DNA of 31,106 nucleotides from Pseudomonadota bacterium (GCA_021804705.1 JAJZHC010000001.1:1-31106); one strand, 5' to 3'; counted from the first letter of the stretch, positions 16,101 through 25,064 are shown. A program made the numbers and translations. The notes: generated from the letters alone by a model not told the origin.

Positions 16101-19100
16101 TTCCTGGCGTCATCAAGACCTGCGGTATGGGTCCTGGCCTGGCCAGTATTGTTCTTGTGGTTTTTGTCCCCTGGCATCGCCTGGTGGTTGAGCCGTTTGC
16201 TCAAGCCCCGCAAGGTCACCTTGAAGACCGACCAGAGGTTGTTTCTGCGTGCGCTTTCGCGGCGGACCTGGGGGTTTTTCGAAAGCTTCGTTGGCGCAGA
16301 GGACCATTGGCTACCCCCTGATAATGTGCAGGAGTATCGCGCGGACCCGATTGCGCATCGCACGTCTCCGACCAACATGGGGCTTGCGCTGCTGGCGAAT
16401 CTGTCGGCCTATGATTTTGGGTACATTCCGGCTGGACAGCTCGTGGTGCGTACGGCAGATACTTTGCGCACGATGAATCAGTTGCAACAGTATCGGGGCC
16501 ATTTCTACAACTGGTATGACACGCTGACGTTGCAGCCAATGCTGCCGTTGTACATCTCGACGGTGGACAGCGGCAACCTGACGGGACACTTGCTGACTTT
16601 GCGCGCAGGTCTGCGCGTTCTTGCTGATGAACGGATTTTGGGAATGCAGTTATTTTACGGGCTGGGGGATACATGCAGAATTCTTCTGGATGCTCTGGAT
16701 AGAGACGCTGCGAATTGGGCGTCTGCATTTCTCAGGGATCTTCGGGCTGCAACCGCGGCGGCTCCCGATACGGTTGCAGCATTGCACATGCATCTCCTGC
16801 GCCTTGATGCCGACGCCACCACCCTGGTGAACCGGATTGCGGCTTCCCAGCCAGATGGGGGCGACAAGGCGCCTCAAAGCGAAGCGACATGGTGGGCGCA
16901 GGCGCTTTCCCGGCAAGTTCACGCCGCCCTGGACGAGCTCACGTTTCTAATTCCATGGGCATCACTGCACACAACAGCGGAAGGGATGGAGGCGTTTGCA
17001 TCGCTTGCCCCCATTCCAACATTGCGTGAATTGAAAAGTCTGCACGAGACGCTATCCGGGAGTTTTGAACTGCGCGAAGGGCTCTCCGAATTGCGCAGAC
17101 ATGTGGCAGAGGGGAGCGCCCGAGCCAGAGACAGGATGGTTGTCATCGAGGATCTGGTGGCGCAATCCGGAGCGCTGTCGATCACGCAGTTTGACTTCCT
17201 GTTCGACAAGGGGCGTCATCTGTTGTCCATCGGCTATAACGTGGGTGAGCGCCGAACGGACTTGAGCTATTACGACTTGTTGGCCTCGGAGGCGCGATTG
17301 TCCAGCTTTGTAGCCATAGCGCAGGGGCAATTACCCCAGGAAAACTGGTTTGCCCTGGGGCGCCTGTTGGCCAATGCGGGTGGAGAGCCGGTTCTATTGT
17401 CCTGGAGCGGTTCGATGTTCGAGTATCTGATGCCGTTGCTGGTGATGCCAACGTACGATAACACCTTGCTCGACCAGACCTGCAAAGCGGCTGTGGCGCG
17501 GCAGATCGAATATGGCAAACAGGCCGGGTTACCCTGGGGAATATCGGAATCCGGATACAACACGTTCGATGTCCACCTCAATTACCAGTATCGTGCCTTT
17601 GGCGTGCCAGGTTTGGGGTTGAAGCGCGGGCTGGCCGAAGATATGGTCATTGCGCCCTATGCCTCGGCGCTTGCATTGATGGTGGCACCCGAGGAGGCAT
17701 GCCTGAACCTGCAGCGGCTTTCGGCCGAAGGCTTTATGGGTCGGCTGGGCTTGTTTGAAGCGATTGATTACACACCTGCACGACAGCGTCGCGGGCAGTA
17801 TGGCACCGTGGTTCGATCCTTTATGGCCCATCACCAGGGCATGAGCCTGCTCGCTATAGCCTACCTGTTGCTGGAACGCCCCATGCAGCGTCGCTTTGAG
17901 TCTGAGCGGATGTTTCAGGCGATCATGCCGCTGCTCCAGGAACGCATTCCCAAAGCGACGGCTTTGTTATCGCATGCGGCGCAACTTTCTGGAATACGCT
18001 CCATATCGTTTGCAGCAGAGATGCCGATTCGCACATTCAACACGCCTGACACGCCGGTGCCGGAGGTACAACTGCTGTCCAATGGCCGCTACCACGTGAT
18101 GGTCACCAACGCGGGGAGCGGGTTCAGCCGTTGGAATGGCATTGACGTCTTGCGCTGGCGCGAAGACAGCACTCGCGATAATTGGGGCATGTATTGCTAC
18201 ATTCGTGACATTGCAAGCGGCACCTATTGGTCAACGGCGCATCAGCCGACGCTCAAGCGCCCGGAAAGTTTTGAGGCGATTTTCTCCGAAGGACGCGCAG
18301 AATTTCGCCGCCGCGATTTGGTCGGCACTGACGATGAGGATTTTGAGACGCATACCGAGATTGTCGTTTCGCCCGAGGATGACATCGAGTTGCGTCGTAC
18401 GCGTATCACCAATCGCGCGTGGATGCGCAGGGAAATTGACGTCACAAGCTATGCTGAAGTGGTGATTGCGTCATCGGCTTCGGATGCGCTTCATCCTGCC
18501 TTCAATAACCTTTTCGTTCAGACCGAAATTTTGAAGGAGCGACATGCAATTCTGTGTACGCGCCGGCCCCGCTCCCTCGTCGAGAATGCCCCATGGATGT
18601 TTCACCTGATGACGGTGCACGGCGCCGATATCGGTGAAGTGTCCTACGAAACCGATCGCCTCCGGTTCATCGGTCGTACGCGAAGTACGGCTGACCCATT
18701 GGCCATGAGCAAACTGGGGGAGCTCTCGGGCACCGAGGGCTCGGTGCTGGACCCCATTGTTTCCATTCGATACCGCATCATGCTCGAGCCGGAACAGTCG
18801 GTCACTGTGGATATGGTGACTGGCATTGGCGATACCCGGGACATGGTATTGGGACTAGTGGAGAAATATCAGGACAGATACCTCTCGGATCGCGTCTTCG
18901 ACCTGACCTGGACACATTGCCAGGTTGTGCTGAGGCAGCTCAATGCCACCGAGGCTGACGCGCAACTCTACGCGCGTCTGTCCAGTTCCATTATCTATGC
19001 CAATGCATCCCTGCGCGCGGACGCGTACCTGATGACTAAAAATCGCCGGGGGCAGTCTGGTCTGTGGGGTTATGCCATCTCGGGAGATTTGCCCATCGTG

Positions 19101-21914
19101 TTGTTGCAGATTGAGGACGCCGCCAATATTGATCTCGTGCGCCAACTCGTACAGGCGCATGCGTACTGGCGCCTGAAAGGGCTTGCAGTAGACCTCGTGA
19201 TCTGGAACGAGGACCATGCAGGTTACCGGCAACAGTTGCATGAACAGATCATGGGGTTGATTGCCTCGGGTCTTGAAGCGAGCGTGATCGATCGGCCCGG
19301 TGGCATCTTTGTGCGGTCAGCAGAACAGATCTCTAGCGAAGATCGCATCCTGCTGCAGTCAGTTGCACGCGTGGTCATCTCGGATGGGCGGGGAACGCTG
19401 GAGGAGCAGCTTGATCGCCGCGTCCTGGTGGAATCGCGTACGCCGCAGTTGATCCAGAGCAAAACTCCCAGGCCAGAGTTGCCTGCACGCGCGTTGGCGC
19501 GTTCGGACCTGGTTCTGTTCAATGGACTGGGTGGGTTTACCACGGACGGTCGGGAATATGTCATGGTGTTGCATCCTGGCGAAGTGACGCCGGCTCCGTG
19601 GGTCAACATTCTGGCCAATCCCTACTTTGGTTCCGTCATTTCAGAAAGCGGCAATGCATATACATGGTGCGAGAACGCGCATGAGTTTCGCCTGACACCG
19701 TGGCGCAATGATCCTGTCAGCGACCCTGGTGGAGAGGCGTTCTATCTACGCGATGAAGAGACTGGATATGTCTGGTCACCCATGCCGTTGCCGGCACGCG
19801 CACCAGTGCCCTACGTGGTTCGCCACGGATTGGGCTATAGTGTTTTCGAAATCAGGGTGGGAGGCATTTTCTCGGAATTATGGGTTTATGTGGCAATGGA
19901 TGCCCCTGTCAGGTTTTCCGTATTGAAGGTCAGGAATGAGTCCGGACGATCGCGCAAACTTTCCGCTACGAGCTATGTGGAGTGGGTGCTGGGAGATCTT
20001 CCCGAGAAAACGTCCATGCATGTGACCACCGAGATCAGCGTGCAAAGTGGCGCGCTCTTTGCCCGCAATCCGTATAACACGGAGTTTTCTGACCGTGTGG
20101 CCTTTCTTGATGTGGATGACACGGCACGCAGCCTGACCGGAGACCGTACGGAATTCATCGGGCGCAATGGTTCGTTAAAAAGCCCGGCGGCGATGGGGCG
20201 CTCGCACTTGTCAGGGAAGGTGGGGCCCGCCCTGGACCCCTGCGGTGCAATGCAGGTGAACTTTGACCTGTCGGAAGGGCAGCAGCGCGACATCGTGTTC
20301 CGGCTGGGAGTCGGTCGCAATGTCGTTGATGCTAGTCAGATCGTACAACGATTTCGTGGAGACCTGGCGGCGCGTGGCGCGCTTGAAGCGGTGTGGCAGT
20401 ACTGGAACCATACATTGGGCGCGGTACAGGTGGAAACCCCTGATCCATCGCTCAATATCCTGACCAACGGATGGCTGGTGTACCAGACCCTGGCGTGTCG
20501 TCTCTGGGCACGAAGCGGCTACTATCAGTCGGGTGGGGCATTCGGTTTTCGCGACCAATTGCAGGATGTCATGGCGCTCGTCCACGCACAGCCCAGACTG
20601 GTGCGCCAACATGTGCTTCTGTGCGCAAGCCGCCAGTTCGTTGAAGGGGACGTACAGCATTGGTGGCATCCCCCAATGGGTCGTGGTGTACGCACGCGTT
20701 GTTCGGATGATTATCTCTGGTTACCCCTGGCAGTGTGCCGTTATGTGACGAGCACTGCGGATACGGGTGTTCTGGATGAGATTGTGCCCTTTCTGGAGGG
20801 GCGAGCCATCGCAGCAGAAGAAGATTCCTACTATGACATGCCCACCCTGTCAGTGGACGCAGCAAGCCTGTACCAGCACTGTGTCCGGGCTATCCAGCAT
20901 GGAATGCAATGGGGCCCGCACGGGCTTCCCTTGATCGGGTCTGGCGACTGGAATGACGGCATGAATCTGGTGGGAATACACGGCAAGGGCGAGAGCATCT
21001 GGCTGGGTTTTTTCCTGTGCGAAGTGTTGCGGCAGTTTGAGATGGTGGCCCGCACGCACGGAGACCCGGCCTTCGCCGATTTTTGCGAGGTGAAGCGGGT
21101 TCAGTTAAACCAGAACATCGAAAATCACGGCTGGGATGGCGGGTGGTATCTGCGCGCGTACTTTGATGATGGCTCTCCCCTGGGCTCTGCCGGAAACGAG
21201 GAATGCCAGATTGATTCGCTCCCCCAAAGCTGGGCCGTGCTATCAGGCGCAGGGGATGCAATCCGCTCGCGCAAGGCCATGAAAGCGGTTGATGACCGGC
21301 TGGTACGACGCAGTAGTGCCATCATCCAGGTACTCGACCCGCCCTTCGATAAATCCAGCCTGAATCCAGGATACATTCGTGGTTATGTCCCGGGGGTCAG
21401 GGAAAATGGTGGGCAATACACCCACGGAGCCGTCTGGGCGGCGATGGCGTTTGCAGAACTGGGAGAGATCGGGCGGGCGTGGGAGTTGCTGGCCATGATC
21501 AACCCGATCAATCATGCGATGACTGCAGAAAAAATAGCCCTCTATAAAGTGGAACCCTACGTCATTGCAGCGGATGTTTATGGCAACGCACCGCATACCG
21601 GGCGCGGGGGCTGGAGTTGGTACACTGGTTCAGCCGGCTGGATGTACCGGCTGGTGACGGAATCGCTGCTGGGTCTTAAGATTGAGGGCAATCAGTTGCG
21701 TCTTGTGCCCTGCATGCCTGCGCACTGGCAGACCTACAAGATACACTACCGGTTTCATGAAACGGTCTATCACATCGTCGTCTCGAAAGGATCCGATGGC
21801 AATGGCGACCCGGGCACAGCGTCGAAGCTGATGCTCGACGGCACCGTGCAATCCGGACGCGTCATTTCCATGGTGAACGATTTTTGCGAGCACCGGGTGG
21901 ACGCGACAGTGTAA
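13179..21914 (+). CDS. ndvB: Cyclic beta-1,2-glucan synthase (NdvB/ChvB/Cgs type): GT84 region, membrane segments, glycoamylase-like cyclising domain, two GH94 supersandwich domains and GH94 catalytic domain
   Basis: GYERKRGKL, TLDTDTQL, SHDLLEG, RWIRGDWQL, YDLLASEARL, WSGSMFEYLMP, WGISES, QLLSNG, GAFGFRDQLQD, GDWNDG, RENGGQYTH and WYTGSAGW. Likely start is TTG 13179 (or 13182), 8 nt after GAGG; the ORF-track start 13077 overlaps the regulatory box. Confidence 0.93.
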   Translation: MLIVSRTRERITQAFARNSTLSRWPRILPDEEPPLRSVLFSADQMAQHGKVFAAAHQLAAGTAPDLLLTRLAENESALTRICNLLTEAVTAKRRITPAGEWLLDNFYLIEEQIRTAKRHLPKGYSFELPRVASSPSAGRPRVYDIALEVIAHGDGRVDMESLSRFVTAYQTVAALKLGELWAIPIMLRLALIENLRRVGTRIAIEWFERDLADSWADRMTEIAEKDPKSLILVISDMARSNPPMASPFVAELARRLQGRGPALALPLTWIDQRLAESGLTIERLVQSENQHQASDQVSISNCIASLRVLGAVDWREFVETMSVVEQTLLEDPSGIYGRMDFVTRDRYRHATEGIAKKSILTEQEVARKAVELAGAGMDDRARHVGYYLIGKELPKLEQLVGFRRSIFGAVLKAAGRLPLLPYLGGIVLIAALICMGMVMQARSEGISGIALFGVAIVVLIAASQLSVALVNWVATLLVSPHALPRMDFSDGIPDTARTLVVVPTMLTNALDIEALVEALEVRFLANQDKCLHFGLLTDFCDALQESLPEDGALVQLAHARIDELNEKYRAGEKGAQGDFFYLFHRPRRWNPQERVWMGYERKRGKLLDLNALLRRSDQDLSASNFSSIVGDTAMLSSVKYVITLDTDTQLPRDAARQFVGAMAHPLNRARYDEEKKRITEGYGILQPRVAISLPGASRSRYARLYGGEPGIDPYTRVVSDVYQDVFDEGSFVGKGVYDVDAFELALNGRLQENCILSHDLLEGCYARSGLLSDVYLYEDYPVCYSVDVSRRYRWIRGDWQLVGWLLSRVPGGDTNPLSLLSQWKLIDNMRRSLVPAALTLMFILGWSVLSPPGLWIGLAIGIMLVPALCVSFLDLFRKPEEVLLRQHLLAVLRSASRRLTQAVFEISCLPFEAYFSLGAITQTVWRMVVTHRRLLEWNPSAAAEHGLTSKGGNELVVSLRAMWVAPAVAIALTFFLASSRPAVWVLAWPVLFLWFLSPGIAWWLSRLLKPRKVTLKTDQRLFLRALSRRTWGFFESFVGAEDHWLPPDNVQEYRADPIAHRTSPTNMGLALLANLSAYDFGYIPAGQLVVRTADTLRTMNQLQQYRGHFYNWYDTLTLQPMLPLYISTVDSGNLTGHLLTLRAGLRVLADERILGMQLFYGLGDTCRILLDALDRDAANWASAFLRDLRAATAAAPDTVAALHMHLLRLDADATTLVNRIAASQPDGGDKAPQSEATWWAQALSRQVHAALDELTFLIPWASLHTTAEGMEAFASLAPIPTLRELKSLHETLSGSFELREGLSELRRHVAEGSARARDRMVVIEDLVAQSGALSITQFDFLFDKGRHLLSIGYNVGERRTDLSYYDLLASEARLSSFVAIAQGQLPQENWFALGRLLANAGGEPVLLSWSGSMFEYLMPLLVMPTYDNTLLDQTCKAAVARQIEYGKQAGLPWGISESGYNTFDVHLNYQYRAFGVPGLGLKRGLAEDMVIAPYASALALMVAPEEACLNLQRLSAEGFMGRLGLFEAIDYTPARQRRGQYGTVVRSFMAHHQGMSLLAIAYLLLERPMQRRFESERMFQAIMPLLQERIPKATALLSHAAQLSGIRSISFAAEMPIRTFNTPDTPVPEVQLLSNGRYHVMVTNAGSGFSRWNGIDVLRWREDSTRDNWGMYCYIRDIASGTYWSTAHQPTLKRPESFEAIFSEGRAEFRRRDLVGTDDEDFETHTEIVVSPEDDIELRRTRITNRAWMRREIDVTSYAEVVIASSASDALHPAFNNLFVQTEILKERHAILCTRRPRSLVENAPWMFHLMTVHGADIGEVSYETDRLRFIGRTRSTADPLAMSKLGELSGTEGSVLDPIVSIRYRIMLEPEQSVTVDMVTGIGDTRDMVLGLVEKYQDRYLSDRVFDLTWTHCQVVLRQLNATEADAQLYARLSSSIIYANASLRADAYLMTKNRRGQSGLWGYAISGDLPIVLLQIEDAANIDLVRQLVQAHAYWRLKGLAVDLVIWNEDHAGYRQQLHEQIMGLIASGLEASVIDRPGGIFVRSAEQISSEDRILLQSVARVVISDGRGTLEEQLDRRVLVESRTPQLIQSKTPRPELPARALARSDLVLFNGLGGFTTDGREYVMVLHPGEVTPAPWVNILANPYFGSVISESGNAYTWCENAHEFRLTPWRNDPVSDPGGEAFYLRDEETGYVWSPMPLPARAPVPYVVRHGLGYSVFEIRVGGIFSELWVYVAMDAPVRFSVLKVRNESGRSRKLSATSYVEWVLGDLPEKTSMHVTTEISVQSGALFARNPYNTEFSDRVAFLDVDDTARSLTGDRTEFIGRNGSLKSPAAMGRSHLSGKVGPALDPCGAMQVNFDLSEGQQRDIVFRLGVGRNVVDASQIVQRFRGDLAARGALEAVWQYWNHTLGAVQVETPDPSLNILTNGWLVYQTLACRLWARSGYYQSGGAFGFRDQLQDVMALVHAQPRLVRQHVLLCASRQFVEGDVQHWWHPPMGRGVRTRCSDDYLWLPLAVCRYVTSTADTGVLDEIVPFLEGRAIAAEEDSYYDMPTLSVDAASLYQHCVRAIQHGMQWGPHGLPLIGSGDWNDGMNLVGIHGKGESIWLGFFLCEVLRQFEMVARTHGDPAFADFCEVKRVQLNQNIENHGWDGGWYLRAYFDDGSPLGSAGNEECQIDSLPQSWAVLSGAGDAIRSRKAMKAVDDRLVRRSSAIIQVLDPPFDKSSLNPGYIRGYVPGVRENGGQYTHGAVWAAMAFAELGEIGRAWELLAMINPINHAMTAEKIALYKVEPYVIAADVYGNAPHTGRGGWSWYTGSAGWMYRLVTESLLGLKIEGNQLRLVPCMPAHWQTYKIHYRFHETVYHIVVSKGSDGNGDPGTASKLMLDGTVQSGRVISMVNDFCEHRVDATV

Positions 21915-21931
21915 GTCAAAGAGAGGTCGCC

Positions 21932-21961
21932 AAAAAACAGGGCCAGCTTGCGCTGGCCCTG
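21932..21961 (-). terminator. Intrinsic terminator for the 21967-22335 gene
   Basis: On the - strand: CAGGGCCAGC-GCAA-GCTGGCCCTG-TTTTTT, a 10-bp stem with a GNRA loop and U-tract. Confidence 0.85.
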
Positions 21962-21966
21962 AGAGT

Positions 21967-22335
21967 TCAGTTCATACGGGTTTGCGTTTTGTCCTGATGA
22001 CTCTGGAATTGCAGCAGTTGGGCGCGCACGTTCTGCTGCGCCTTCATGAAAGCGGCATGATGGGCTTCCAGCCTGGCCTGGGTGGTCTTGGCCGCGCGGG
22101 TGTTGCCGGCAGCAAGCTCAAGGTTGAGCTGGGCATGTGCAGCACGGATCAGCGTGGCTTGTTGGGCCACTTCATCCACACTGGCGCGCAGGGTGCTGGC
22201 GAGGCTCGCTTGCAGGGCCTTCTGCTGGGTCACGGAAGCAGGCACTTCCAGAGCGACAGCAAAAAGGGGGGATAATGAAGCCGCCAAGAGCAGGGCGGTG
22301 CGCTTGAGACGCAGAGCTTGTGTAGTCAGTTTCAT
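21967..22335 (-). CDS. Exported Ala/Gln-rich helical hypothetical protein (122 aa)
   Basis: AAAGGAG RBS before ATG 22335; signal peptide MKLTTQALRLKRTALLLAASLSPLFAVA; has its own terminator. Confidence 0.7.
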   Translation of the reverse strand: MKLTTQALRLKRTALLLAASLSPLFAVALEVPASVTQQKALQASLASTLRASVDEVAQQATLIRAAHAQLNLELAAGNTRAAKTTQARLEAHHAAFMKAQQNVRAQLLQFQSHQDKTQTRMN

Positions 22336-22521
22336 TGTGAATTCTCCTTTAAAAGTGGTGTCGTACTCGTTGATGCAAAGATTCGGTGCTACAAGGTTTG
22401 ATTTTATGTGCTTGGCCAACACGCCAGGGTTAATCGGTTATACTTATCAAATCAATTAGTTGGAGGTTGCTTTGTCGGGTCAGATGCGCTCCCCCATACC
22501 CGACTTCAGGGCCGATTATAC

Positions 22522-22550
22522 TTGACTTATGGGAAAAAATCCCATATTAT
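22522..22550 (+). promoter_or_regulatory. Sigma70-type promoter TTGACT-N17-TATTAT containing a 19-bp palindrome TATGGGA-AAAAA-TCCCATA (22528-22546)
   Basis: 5/6 match at both hexamers with 17-nt spacing; the ATG of the DUF6502 gene starts 7 nt after the -10. Confidence 0.8.
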
Positions 22551-22556
22551 TCACGC

Positions 22557-23432
22557 ATGGATGAAAAAAAATCACGACTGGACCCGGATCAGGTGCTGCA
22601 GCAAGCTCTTGTGGTCATGCAGCCTCTGGTGTTGTGGCTGCTGCGCTCGGGTGTGCGCCATCCAGAGTTTTCAGTGGCCATCAAGCAAACTTTTCTAGAG
22701 CAGGCGGCCAGCGAACTGGAACGCCTGAACGCCAAACAGACGGATTCCGCCATCAGCATGCTCTCCGGCCTGCACCGTAAGGATGTCAAGGCCATGGTGA
22801 CGGCTCTGGCCCAGGCGTCTAAGAAGACATCCAGGATCACCCGCGACGCGCTGGGACGTCCCACCGTGCCCTCGCAGGTCATGACCCGCTGGCTCGCCAG
22901 CGGCTGGCCGGACGAGTTGCCCATGTCGGGTTCCACCAAATCCTTTGAAATCCTCTCGCGCCAGGTTTCCAGCGACGTGCATCCGCGCGCGGTACTCAAT
23001 GAGCTGGTTCGCTTGGGGATGGCTGAACAGGAAGGGGATACGGTCCGCCTGTGCCGCAACGCCTTTGTCCCCGACCAGCAGATGGCAGAAGCAGGAAACC
23101 TTCTCGCGGGCAGCACAGCAGACCATCTCGCCGCAGGCGTGCATAACCTCTCGGGCCCTGGCGACAGGAAGTTTCTCGAGCAAAGCATGTTTGCCGACGG
23201 ACTTTCCACCGATTCGGTGCAGCAGCTGGAACAGCTTGCGGGCGCCCTGTGGATGCAGGTACTCAATGCCATGGTGCGCGCTGCGCTGCCCCTGAGCGAA
23301 AAGGACGAGCCGGCAGGGGGAGACCAGCGCATCCGCGTGGGCATGTTCTGTTATGCAGAACCCGCCGCGCCCCGCTTACCCCAGGTCCACAAGAAGAAGC
23401 CGCGCAAGCCGCGTGGCGCTTCGGGTCAATGA
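22557..23432 (+). CDS. DUF6502-family protein (probable HTH-containing regulator)
   Basis: PLVLWLLRSGV, SAISMLSGLHRKDV (HTH-like), LSRQVSSDVHPRAVLNELVRLG, DHLAAGVHN, FLEQSMFADGLS and RIRVGMFCY. Confidence 0.75.
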   Translation: MDEKKSRLDPDQVLQQALVVMQPLVLWLLRSGVRHPEFSVAIKQTFLEQAASELERLNAKQTDSAISMLSGLHRKDVKAMVTALAQASKKTSRITRDALGRPTVPSQVMTRWLASGWPDELPMSGSTKSFEILSRQVSSDVHPRAVLNELVRLGMAEQEGDTVRLCRNAFVPDQQMAEAGNLLAGSTADHLAAGVHNLSGPGDRKFLEQSMFADGLSTDSVQQLEQLAGALWMQVLNAMVRAALPLSEKDEPAGGDQRIRVGMFCYAEPAAPRLPQVHKKKPRKPRGASGQ

Positions 23433-23463
23433 ATCGTTGAATTCGTATGGAAGAGTCAATCGA

Positions 23464-24996
23464 ATGATGAAAATCCTCACTGCGCGCAGTGTCCGAAATT
23501 ATATGATGGCCCTCTGCCTTCTGGGCTGCGGCACCCTGCTGACCTCTTGCGGCGGCGGTGGCGCGGCCGTGCTGCTCTCCGGCGTGGGTTCAGGTGGCAC
23601 CGGGGTGGTGCAGGGTCTGGTGCTGGGGTTTGGCAGTGTGTTCATTGATGGGAATGAATACGCCACCACCACAGCCACCATCGAGCAGGATGACAGCCAG
23701 GGCGTGCCGCAAAACGCCCTGCTCAAACTGGGCCAGCGCGTGCAGGCCAGCCTTGATAGTACCGGCACCTCGGTCATTACGGCCACCATCATCCCCAGCT
23801 TGTCCGGCCCGGTCACCCAGGCGGCCACACAGGATGCCACAGGCGACTGGTGGGCCAGGGTGTGTGGCCAGTGGATTCGTATCGTCTCCAACGCCACGCA
23901 TACGCCATTGGGGGTTACCACTGTGCTGGCCGGTGTCCCCAACGCAGGCACGAGCTTGAGCCCGCAGCTTGCCCTGGGCAATGAAGTGGAAGTGCATGGC
24001 GCCTGGTCCTGGGATGTTGCGCACAATGCCTATGTGCTGGTGGCTTCGCGCGTGGAAGTGTTCTCCGCCACCCCTTTGACCAGTAACATCCTGATCGGAG
24101 GCGTGGTCGGGGCCCTGCCGGCCACCAATCAGGTCATGCTCAATGCATCTTCTGGCGGCACCGTGCTGCAAGGCACCCTGCCTACGGGTGTCATTGTCGG
24201 ACAGAGCATCACGGCCTGGGTCAATCGGGCTACCTGGAATACCTGGGGTGGCAGCTATGCGCCGCTTCAGGCGGCTACCATCAACGCCGCCGGTTTGACG
24301 GCCCTTGCCGGTGCCACCAGTCAGAAAGCGCAGTTGAGCGGGCTTGTCAGCAATTACAATGCGTCCACCAATACGGCCACGGTGCAGGGCACTGTGGTGA
24401 CCTTGCCACCAGGCACCAGGGTGGGTGATGGCGATTACATCAAGCTCACCGGGCAGATCAATGCCGACACGCTCTCGCAAACCACGGTGGATCAGGAAAA
24501 TTCCGTGACTGCTGCGGTCACGCCACAAACCATTCAGGTACTGGGCACCACCAATGGCGTTAACTGGAGTGCCGGGGGCGACCTCTCCTTTGTACTGCAA
24601 AGCACCTCGGTGACGGCACCCAACGGCACCTTTCCTTCCTGCGTGGGCTTGAGTCCGCAGAATACGGTCAGTGTCACCGTGACAGGCTTGGTTCCGGCCC
24701 CCGGGCAGCCGGTGCTGGCCTCCCTCGTCACCTGTACCGCCGTGACATCGCCGCCCAGCGACTCGGTATCCGATTTCCACGGCACCATCCTCACTGCCAG
24801 CGGTAATACCCTGACGCTGCGCAATGAAGACAAGGTGCTCACAATCAATTGGTCGTCCACCACTTTTGTGGATCCGGCCCTGGGCAATGTCGGTTCTGCC
24901 TGGGTGGGACAGAGTGTGGAGGTCATGGGCACGCTCAACGGGACCACCATGACGGCTACGGTCATTCGCCTCAATTCAGGCGGCACCAACGACTAA
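23464..24996 (+). CDS. DUF5666 repeat lipoprotein
   Basis: Lipobox LLTSC followed by a Gly run; GVGSGGTG then G-x-V-x-GFGSVFIDG. Repeated LGQRV-x-A, GNEVEVHG, GQSITAW, GDYIKLTG and GQSVEVMG...ATVIRL units. Lies 31 nt after the DUF6502 gene. Confidence 0.75.
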   Translation: MMKILTARSVRNYMMALCLLGCGTLLTSCGGGGAAVLLSGVGSGGTGVVQGLVLGFGSVFIDGNEYATTTATIEQDDSQGVPQNALLKLGQRVQASLDSTGTSVITATIIPSLSGPVTQAATQDATGDWWARVCGQWIRIVSNATHTPLGVTTVLAGVPNAGTSLSPQLALGNEVEVHGAWSWDVAHNAYVLVASRVEVFSATPLTSNILIGGVVGALPATNQVMLNASSGGTVLQGTLPTGVIVGQSITAWVNRATWNTWGGSYAPLQAATINAAGLTALAGATSQKAQLSGLVSNYNASTNTATVQGTVVTLPPGTRVGDGDYIKLTGQINADTLSQTTVDQENSVTAAVTPQTIQVLGTTNGVNWSAGGDLSFVLQSTSVTAPNGTFPSCVGLSPQNTVSVTVTGLVPAPGQPVLASLVTCTAVTSPPSDSVSDFHGTILTASGNTLTLRNEDKVLTINWSSTTFVDPALGNVGSAWVGQSVEVMGTLNGTTMTATVIRLNSGGTND

Positions 24997-25021
24997 CGCC
25001 CAACCCCCTGGGTGTTTTTCC

Positions 25022-25050
25022 GTCCCCTCTGTGTGAGGGGACATTTTTTT
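25022..25050 (+). terminator. Intrinsic terminator after the DUF5666 gene
   Basis: GTCCCCTC-TGTGT-GAGGGGAC-ATTTTTTT; a weaker hairpin precedes it at 24996-25017. Confidence 0.75.
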
Positions 25051-25064
25051 GGGGCAGTGGGATA

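Noticed and set aside
22474-22504. GTCGGGT...ACCCGAC inverted repeat in the leader of the 22335 gene
   Set aside because: A 7-bp stem with a 17-nt loop is within chance expectation, and there is no second copy.
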